Of a stretch of DNA of 64,000 bases, positions 45,656 to 52,412 are shown one piece after another (position 1 is the stretch's first letter; each line of letters starts with the position of its first letter). Source of the stretch: a virus (Duplodnaviria > Caudoviricetes); the IMG/VR virus record IMGVR_UViG_3300033420_000004, positions 13,910 to 77,909 of that record; one strand, written 5' to 3'. Below the pieces are notes generated by a model, which saw only the letters and a list, made by a program, of their open reading frames with translations, was not told the DNA's origin and did no database searches. Position numbers and translations under genes: made by a program.

Positions 45656-46501
45656 ATGAAAGTTGGAATAGTTTGTGACACAGCGTACTCCAGGCACCAC
45701 CTGTTTATGAGTTATTATAACTCGGTGTCAAATCTTTACGGGAAACCTCAACTTGTGACAAATATTCACAACTTGGAGGGCTTGGAATTATTGTTCATTG
45801 GAGACGATCATTATCAAGTACATAAGGAAATTTGGCAACAGCCTGGGTTTATTGAGTATTGTAATAAGCACAGTATAAAAGTTGCGGCGTTAACAAATGA
45901 GCGAATTCTAAACTCGTTCTTCTCATGGAATAAAGATAGTTTATTGAAGTTGAAGGAATTCGACCAATTGTACCATTATGCCAATGATGTTGATGATTGT
46001 GACATGTTGGGCCTTAAATTAAACAGAACGGCTCCGTCAAAATCATTTAAGGCGCAGTTCATTCGACCCGAGGTGAAAAAAGACAAGGCTCTTTGGCTTG
46101 GTCGAACAGATTGTAAATCCTATGACGAGCGTAAGGACGTTATAAATATATTGAAAAAGACAATTGAGTTAGACGTTATTGAGTCCACTATTCCCAAATG
46201 GTCTGATTATGTTGCAAAAATTTCTGAGTACAGGTTCATACTTTCCCCAATTGGAAACGGTAACTTTTTCCCTATGCGAGTGTATGAAGCCCTTGCTGTA
46301 GGCTCAATTCCGATCCATCAAGTGCGGGAAAACACTCTTGACCTATATGACATTGAAAAAGGGTTTGATGATTGTATATTTTTTACCAGCCCAAATGAAC
46401 TGAAAGATAAGATAGAAAATTGTACCTTGCAGAAAAGTCACAATGTGATTTGGATGGAGGATAATCTCCAAATAATGTTAAAATTAGATAATCTACTCTA
46501 A
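45656..46501 (+). CDS. GT-B / GT47-like glycosyltransferase
   Basis: YDERK and YRFILSPIGNGNFFPMRVYEALAVGSIPI. Confidence 0.7.
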   Translation: MKVGIVCDTAYSRHHLFMSYYNSVSNLYGKPQLVTNIHNLEGLELLFIGDDHYQVHKEIWQQPGFIEYCNKHSIKVAALTNERILNSFFSWNKDSLLKLKEFDQLYHYANDVDDCDMLGLKLNRTAPSKSFKAQFIRPEVKKDKALWLGRTDCKSYDERKDVINILKKTIELDVIESTIPKWSDYVAKISEYRFILSPIGNGNFFPMRVYEALAVGSIPIHQVRENTLDLYDIEKGFDDCIFFTSPNELKDKIENCTLQKSHNVIWMEDNLQIMLKLDNLL

Positions 46502-47442
46502 TGGAAAAACGAAGTTTAATTTTAGTCACCGGGGCATCAGGTATGGCCGGGTCCGCTGTTATGAGAGAACTCAGAGAACAGGGATATACCAACATTCGGG
46601 GCATTGATAAAACACAATGTGACCTGACTGATTCAATAGCAGTAAACGTATTATTTGAGGCTTTGCGCCCTGAATACGTATTTCACATTGCCGCCAAGGT
46701 CGGTGGTATAAATGCAAATAACACACAGAGCGCAGATTTCACCTATGAAAATCTGATGATGGAATGTAACGTCATCCATGCAGCTAAGGTGTTTGCCGTT
46801 AAGAAATTGATATTTTGTGGCAGTGCGTGTATCTATCCGAAAGACACACCTATGCCAATTAAGGAAGAATATTTCCTTTCAGGGAAACTTGAGGAAACGA
46901 ATAAAGGATATGCCGTAGCTAAAATCGCAGGGGTTATTTTGTGTGAAATGTACCGTAAGCAATACGGCTGTGATTTTATTTCTGCAATGCCAACAAACCT
47001 GTACGGAGAGAATGACAACTTCCATTTAACAGACTCGCATGTTCTGCCCGCACTTCTCAGAAAATTCCATGATGCAAAGATCAACAACCTTCCATCAGTT
47101 AGTGTTTGGGGATCAGGAATTGCCCGCAGGGAATTTTTGTACATTGGGGATTTAGCTAAGGCACTTATATTCCTCATGAACCATTACAGCAGCCCTGAAC
47201 CAATAAATATTGGAACAGGTGACGATATCTGCATAAACAGCTTGGTTGATTTGATTCGGAAAACAGTTGGCTATGCTGGGGAGGTTAAGTGGGACACATC
47301 ATATCCTGACGGAGTTACTGTCAGAAATATGGACGTGACAAAATTGACGTTAATGGGCTGGAACGCTGAAACCCCACTGCCTAAAGGTATTGAGAATGCC
47401 TACAAATGGTTTGTTGACAATTTTAATACCGCAAGAAAATGA
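46501..47442 (+). CDS. fcl: GDP-L-fucose synthase
   Basis: VTGASGMAGS, HIAAKVGGI.AN, GSACIYP, YAVAK (YxxxK), PTNLYG, SHVLPAL, VWGSG..RREFL and NIGTG. Confidence 0.96.
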   Translation: MEKRSLILVTGASGMAGSAVMRELREQGYTNIRGIDKTQCDLTDSIAVNVLFEALRPEYVFHIAAKVGGINANNTQSADFTYENLMMECNVIHAAKVFAVKKLIFCGSACIYPKDTPMPIKEEYFLSGKLEETNKGYAVAKIAGVILCEMYRKQYGCDFISAMPTNLYGENDNFHLTDSHVLPALLRKFHDAKINNLPSVSVWGSGIARREFLYIGDLAKALIFLMNHYSSPEPINIGTGDDICINSLVDLIRKTVGYAGEVKWDTSYPDGVTVRNMDVTKLTLMGWNAETPLPKGIENAYKWFVDNFNTARK

Positions 47443-48740
47443 CACAGAGACACACAATATTGCTGGTACTCAGAAGCGGTGGAGACTTCGCCTTTCGTGA
47501 TGTTGAGCTTATTGCCAGACATATTAACGGCAAATGGAGGTCTGAGAATCGTCCAAGAATAATATGCTTGTACGACAAAGCATCCGAACCATATGATCTT
47601 GGAAATCTTGAAATTTTTCCGTTAAAAAATGAATGGCCACGTTGGTGGTCTAGGATGGTTCTGTATAGTCCTGAAATGGAGCAGTACAGACCTTTTCTGT
47701 ATATAGATTTGGATACGGTTATCGTTAAATCACTTGAGCATATCTTTGACCTTGTGTACAAGAACTGTGTGGAATCGAACTTTATTACCCTTGAAGATTT
47801 TTATCAGAAAGGAAAGCTCGCCACAGGTCTTGCATGGATTCCTGCTAAGTCTGATAAGATTTCTCAAATATGGAAAGCATGGCTTAGATCAGGTCCTGGT
47901 CCAGCTCGCATGGATTATTTCCTGAGACAGGCTGTTGACCAGGACAAGTTTTGGCAACAATTAACAGATACAATATACAATTCAAAGCCTCAGGGACAAG
48001 GATTTCTTCAGGAAGTTCCTGCCACGGCAACTATGGTATGTTTCCATGGAAAACCAAGGGTTTATGAAGCTGCGGAAGCTTCCATGGCTTCTCCTTGGGT
48101 GCGAGCGTATGTAGAAACAACATATCCCAAGTACGTTGATAGCCCTAAGGTGACGGTAATAATTCCGTACAAAGTTGATCGTGGTTGGTTAAAAGAAGCC
48201 GTAGCAAGTGTGCCTGATTATTGTCAATTGTTAGTCAGCCAGGGAGAGGGTAATTGGCCTGAGAATTTCAACAAAGCATTACCCATGGCTAGAGGCAAGT
48301 ATATAAAATACCTGCACGAAGACGATATGTTAACGCCAAATTGCATCGATGATTCCATTAAAGCCATGGAAGAGCAGAACGCTGATTTCATACACGGTAA
48401 CGTGATTGAGCTTACTGTAGCCAATGGTAATAAAAAAAATTGGAAAACAACAAAAGAAAATCCTACCTTTGGAGAAATGATGGTAAATAATTATATCCAT
48501 TCTGCGTCTTTGATGTATAAACGTAGTATATTTGATGAAATTGGTGGATTTGAAGAGTCGTTAAATACAGCTGAGGAATATGAGTTCAATTTGAGATGTT
48601 TGAGGTCTGGATATCGCTTGGGATTTTGCCCAACTAATTTGGCGGTTTACAGAAGACATCCACAACAAAAAGTAAGAACAGTTCCTGTAGCTGAAAAAAA
48701 TGAAGAAAGAGAATCAGTTAGAAATTTATATAGACAATGA
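47439..48740 (+). CDS. two-domain glycosyltransferase (GT-A DXD domain plus GT2 domain)
   Basis: N-domain LRSGGDF, WWSR, LYIDLDTVI, FHGKPR; C-domain VTVIIP, ARGKYIKYLHEDD, EEYEFNLR. Confidence 0.85.
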   Translation: MTQRHTILLVLRSGGDFAFRDVELIARHINGKWRSENRPRIICLYDKASEPYDLGNLEIFPLKNEWPRWWSRMVLYSPEMEQYRPFLYIDLDTVIVKSLEHIFDLVYKNCVESNFITLEDFYQKGKLATGLAWIPAKSDKISQIWKAWLRSGPGPARMDYFLRQAVDQDKFWQQLTDTIYNSKPQGQGFLQEVPATATMVCFHGKPRVYEAAEASMASPWVRAYVETTYPKYVDSPKVTVIIPYKVDRGWLKEAVASVPDYCQLLVSQGEGNWPENFNKALPMARGKYIKYLHEDDMLTPNCIDDSIKAMEEQNADFIHGNVIELTVANGNKKNWKTTKENPTFGEMMVNNYIHSASLMYKRSIFDEIGGFEESLNTAEEYEFNLRCLRSGYRLGFCPTNLAVYRRHPQQKVRTVPVAEKNEERESVRNLYRQ

Positions 48741-49450
48741 TTACAAAGTCTCCCATATTAGTTACAGGATGCGCAAGAAGTGGGTCTTCTATGATAGCTG
48801 CAGCTATAAATGCCTGTGGTGCATTTAGTGGTGAGTTATCAGACCCCAGTCATAGTTCCAAGCGTGGTATGTTTGAAAACATAAGAATACGGGAAGACCT
48901 TGTCAAACCTTATTTTAAACAGGTTGGAATGGACCCGATGGGACAGTTTCCTGTTAAGGATATTTCAAATCTTACCCCTCCAAGTGAATGGAAATCGATG
49001 GTGGAATTAATAATGCAGAAAGAGGGATATAGTGAGGGCGCATGGATGTATAAGGACTCACGATCGGGTTTAATTTGGCCTGTGTGGAATGCAGCATACC
49101 CTGATGCCAAGTGGGTTATTGTTCGCAGGCGCACTGGTGACGTTGTTAATTCCTGTATAAAAACGGGATACATGAAAGCGTTCAAGAGTGCAGAAAATAG
49201 ACGTTCGGTAAAAGTTTCTTCAGAGGAAGAAGGCTGGTTGTGGTGGGTTCATGAAAATGAGAAGAGATTCAACGAAATGATTAACGCCGGGGTTAATTGC
49301 AAGGTGATTTGGCCACAGAGAATGGTAAACGGAGATTATACACAATTGTATGAAATAATTGACTGGTTGGGGTTGACTTGGGACAATAAAGCGTTTAACT
49401 TTATACACCCATTGCTTTGGGGTTCAGGAAAAAATAAAGAAAGGGTATAG
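48737..49450 (+). CDS. sulfotransferase-family protein
   Basis: 5'-PSB-like ILVTGCARSGSS, WMYKD and AKWVIVRR..GDVVNS (3'-PB-like). Confidence 0.75.
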   Translation: MITKSPILVTGCARSGSSMIAAAINACGAFSGELSDPSHSSKRGMFENIRIREDLVKPYFKQVGMDPMGQFPVKDISNLTPPSEWKSMVELIMQKEGYSEGAWMYKDSRSGLIWPVWNAAYPDAKWVIVRRRTGDVVNSCIKTGYMKAFKSAENRRSVKVSSEEEGWLWWVHENEKRFNEMINAGVNCKVIWPQRMVNGDYTQLYEIIDWLGLTWDNKAFNFIHPLLWGSGKNKERV

Positions 49451-49452
49451 TT

Positions 49453-49845
49453 ATGGCAGCTAGAGTATCGGCAGATGATGTAAAAGAAATCATGGAGACT
49501 TCTACCGTTAATATTGACGATAAGATAGAAGCTATGATTATTTCCGCAGACCTGATTATTACTCAGGTTTTTCAGGGAGATACCTCCACGGGGACGGCTT
49601 TGATAAAAGAAATTGAGCGTTGGTTTGTGGCACACATGGTGTCAGTAACACTTCGCAGGACAGTTTCTGAAGAAGGTATTGGTGACGTTAGAATTAAGTA
49701 CGCAGGTGTGTTTACCGAAGGACTTAAATCAACGCCATACGGGCAGATGGTTTTAACTCTTGACACCTCTGGTCGAATGGCTAGAAGTGGGAAGGCTGTA
49801 GCCGGAATATTTGCAGTACCAACAACCACCGAAACTTTTGAGTAA
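49453..49845 (+). CDS. head-tail adaptor protein
   Basis: 130 aa; AHMVSV, EGIGDVRIKY and LKSTPYGQM pattern; expected position. Confidence 0.75.
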   Translation: MAARVSADDVKEIMETSTVNIDDKIEAMIISADLIITQVFQGDTSTGTALIKEIERWFVAHMVSVTLRRTVSEEGIGDVRIKYAGVFTEGLKSTPYGQMVLTLDTSGRMARSGKAVAGIFAVPTTTETFE

Positions 49846-50228
49846 TGAGTATAGAATCCTACATAGCGTCACTGTGTCTGCAAAAAGCAGTATACTGGGG
49901 AGCTCCTACCAATGACGGGTACGGACAGTTCACGTTCAGCCCAGGGATAGAGATCGATTGCCGTTGGGAAAATAAGGAGCAGATTGTTGCACAAGAAATG
50001 GAAAAAGCAGTAATCTTTAGGTCTATTATATATGTTTTACAGGACCTGGACACCGATGGTCTTCTGTGGCTTGGAACAGCAGATGCTGTAGGTGTAGCGG
50101 CCATAGCAAATCCATATACTATGACTGCAGGGGGTTTAATGATCGTCAAACGATTTGAGAAAACTCCATCAATAAGGGATGTTGATCAATTTTTGCGTAA
50201 GGCGTTTTTATCACCATATATGTACTAA
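49845..50228 (+). CDS. head closure (stopper) protein
   Basis: 127 aa; AVYW..PTNDGYG and IDCRWE; follows the adaptor. Confidence 0.7.
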   Translation: MSIESYIASLCLQKAVYWGAPTNDGYGQFTFSPGIEIDCRWENKEQIVAQEMEKAVIFRSIIYVLQDLDTDGLLWLGTADAVGVAAIANPYTMTAGGLMIVKRFEKTPSIRDVDQFLRKAFLSPYMY

Positions 50229-50229
50229 G

Positions 50230-50634
50230 ATGAATAATTCTCCCGCAGAAGATATAAAGAACTTAATAATGCTCTATGATGATTCCTCAGGAACTGTTTT
50301 AGAGTTTGGAAAAAATATATTTGTAGGACATGAACCCGACATGCCCGATGAATGCATTACAGTGTTTGACACCGGGGCATATGCTCCATATTTGGGTTTG
50401 ACAAACACAGGATATGAATACCCATCCGTACAGGTCAGAGTGCGTAGCAATAATTACCGAAGCGGTTGGGCAATCATTGAAAAAATAAAGAACTCCCTGC
50501 ACGGTCTTTCACAGATCACTTATGGTGGGACTTTATACTCTCTCATTCAATGCGCCAATGGCCCCGCACTTTTGGACTATGATGAGAGAAACAGGTGTCG
50601 TTTTTATATTAATTTTAATTTGCAACGAAGATGA
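50230..50634 (+). CDS. tail terminator / minor capsid-like protein
   Basis: Start placed at MNNSPA; PDMPDECITVFDTG, YPSVQVRVR and NRCRFYINF. Confidence 0.75.
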   Translation: MNNSPAEDIKNLIMLYDDSSGTVLEFGKNIFVGHEPDMPDECITVFDTGAYAPYLGLTNTGYEYPSVQVRVRSNNYRSGWAIIEKIKNSLHGLSQITYGGTLYSLIQCANGPALLDYDERNRCRFYINFNLQRR

Positions 50635-50682
50635 GAACGCACCAAGACAGTTTTAATTAATTAATTTAAAAGGAGGTAAACT

Positions 50683-51129
50683 ATGGCAAGTTTTGCAGTT
50701 GCTGGAGTGGGTACTATCTTTCAGCGTTGGACAGGGTCCGCATGGGCTAACATCGCAGAGATAAATTCCATTTCAGGCCCTAGTATGAGCAGGGACACGA
50801 TTGATGTCACTTCCCTGAGCTCTACAGGTGGGTATCGCGAGTTTATCGGAGGTTTCCGTAATCCTGGAACTATTCAGCTCTCAATGAACTTTTACAGATT
50901 AACATTTGATTTGTTCAAGGGTGATTTTGAGTCGAATGTTGGTAGGAACTACAGGATAATTCTTCCGGATGCTGAACAGACGATGATCGAGTTTTTTGGT
51001 TTGGTAACTGAGGTTCCCCTCAGCATTCCTTCCGATGACAAAATCACAGCGGATGTTACGATTCAGTTGAGTGGTGCTATTGAGGTTGACTCAGGTACCA
51101 TTGCTTCTCTATCAAAACACACTTTCTAA
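50683..51129 (+). CDS. major tail tube protein
   Basis: Strong RBS AAGGAGG; EINSISGPSMSRDTIDVT, YREFIGGFR.PG and F.GLVT; siphovirus tube pattern. Confidence 0.9.
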   Translation: MASFAVAGVGTIFQRWTGSAWANIAEINSISGPSMSRDTIDVTSLSSTGGYREFIGGFRNPGTIQLSMNFYRLTFDLFKGDFESNVGRNYRIILPDAEQTMIEFFGLVTEVPLSIPSDDKITADVTIQLSGAIEVDSGTIASLSKHTF

Positions 51130-51140
51130 AAGCGTGTTTT

Positions 51141-51166
51141 AATTTAATCCTAATCAAGGGTAAATT
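51141..51166 (+). promoter_or_regulatory. hairpin with AATCA loop after the tail tube gene
   Basis: AATTT(A)ATCCT-AATCA-AGGGTAAATT, about 10 bp with one bulge. Confidence 0.45.
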
Positions 51167-51181
51167 ATAAAAACAAAAGAA

Positions 51182-51709
51182 ATGGATTACTCTAAACCCA
51201 CACGAAATATACAATCCCTAACAAGGGGTGTACGTGGAAAGAAAGGGCTAACAGGAATTGACACTGTAAACCTTAATTTGCATAGGGTATTAGATCAAGT
51301 CAAGGATAAAAGCTTGGCAGGAATGGTAGATGCTTCCATAGTCATTAGAAGGGATATGGAAGACACTCCTCCAACAATACCTATGGATTTGGGTAATTTA
51401 AGGGCAAGTTGGTTTACTACTTCCCGTAAAGGTGGAGGCAGTAACCGAAAGTTTGTAGGAAAAAATGCAGGAAAGTTTGCTGCGGAAAGAAGCAGCGCAA
51501 TCGCTTCCACAAGAGCTGTAGTTAATGCTCAAAAAGAACCCTCATTAATTATGGGGTTTTCTGCAAATTATGCAGCCCCAATCCATGAAATGGTTGGGGT
51601 TAATTTTAAAAAGAAAGGCTCGGGGGCTAAATTTTTTCAATCAGCCTTAGCCAGGAATACAAAATTGATTTTAAAAATCATAAAAGCCACGGTTGTTATT
51701 CGTCCGTAA
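51182..51709 (+). CDS. HK97 gp10-like tail-completion (neck) protein
   Basis: PMDLGNLRAS, GFSANYAAPIHE and AKFFQSAL. Confidence 0.75.
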   Translation: MDYSKPTRNIQSLTRGVRGKKGLTGIDTVNLNLHRVLDQVKDKSLAGMVDASIVIRRDMEDTPPTIPMDLGNLRASWFTTSRKGGGSNRKFVGKNAGKFAAERSSAIASTRAVVNAQKEPSLIMGFSANYAAPIHEMVGVNFKKKGSGAKFFQSALARNTKLILKIIKATVVIRP

Positions 51710-51751
51710 TCTGAATATGCACTCATTATTTACAAAATAATTTACTTAACC

Positions 51752-52081
51752 ATGGTAGAATTTATTAGTTATCAGAAAAAGAAGTATCCAATCAAATTAG
51801 GATACTATGTATTGAAAATGCTCAAAGCCGAAACAGGCAAGAATTTTGAGGAGATAGGCGCACAGGATTTTGAAATCTATGAAACCCTGTTATTTTATTC
51901 TCTTAAACAAGGTGCAAAGGTTCAAGAGGTGGATTTCACTTTCACTAAAGATGATATGGAACAGATACTTGATGAATGTTTCTTTGAATTCGTGGAGTTA
52001 ATCCCTAAATTCTTTCCAGATGCAAAAAAGTCGGTGCCGGGAGTAATGACAATCCCGCCAAGCACCCAGAAAAAGAAGTAA
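51752..52081 (+). CDS. tail assembly chaperone (G)
   Basis: 109 aa upstream of the TMP; slippery A AAA AAG near its 3' end. Confidence 0.8.
   Translation: MVEFISYQKKKYPIKLGYYVLKMLKAETGKNFEEIGAQDFEIYETLLFYSLKQGAKVQEVDFTFTKDDMEQILDECFFEFVELIPKFFPDAKKSVPGVMTIPPSTQKKK
52024..52066 (+). other. -1 programmed ribosomal frameshift site
   Basis: A AAA AAG at 52024-52030, then a GGTGC-CGGGA...TCCCG-GCACC stem; the -1 frame is open into the 52117-52407 ORF. Confidence 0.8.
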
Positions 52082-52116
52082 ACTTTAATCAGCTATGTGG
52101 GTTCGCTATAGCGCGG

Positions 52117-52407
52117 TTGGGTGTGTCAGTGGTAGAATTTTATGATTTAAGTCCTGTAGAATTCTACTACGCTATGGAAGAGTACTCTGAAAAGCAAATG
52201 ATGGCTCAACGGACTGTATACGAATCAATGAGGCTGCAGACGTTCTTTCTAATAAATATACAATTGTCCCAAAAAGATAGGATGAAAGAAGTTACCAAGT
52301 TAATGTCTTTCCCTTGGGATAAAGAACAGAAAAAAGAAGTTAAAACTCAATCAGTGGAGGAAGTGAAAACTGTGTTAAAAAATATAGTACAGGCGTTTAA
52401 AAAATAA
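52117..52407 (+). CDS. tail assembly chaperone C-terminal extension (GT, frameshift product)
   Basis: EFYDLSPVEF...FPWD pattern; lies in the -1 frame of the chaperone. Confidence 0.8.
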   Translation: MGVSVVEFYDLSPVEFYYAMEEYSEKQMMAQRTVYESMRLQTFFLINIQLSQKDRMKEVTKLMSFPWDKEQKKEVKTQSVEEVKTVLKNIVQAFKK

Positions 52408-52412
52408 ATATT

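Noticed and set aside
41322-49450. Glycan cluster as host capsule-locus contamination or a prophage boundary
   Set aside because: Both ends are translationally fused to phage head genes (TAATG at 41322; 2-nt gap at 49450-49453), and no wzx, wzy, wza or UpxY-type genes are present.
41322-49450. Glycan cluster as a DNA-hypermodification pathway
   Set aside because: Not excluded, but disfavoured: it lies in the late head operon, and no hydroxymethylase, TET or base-activating enzyme is visible in the window.
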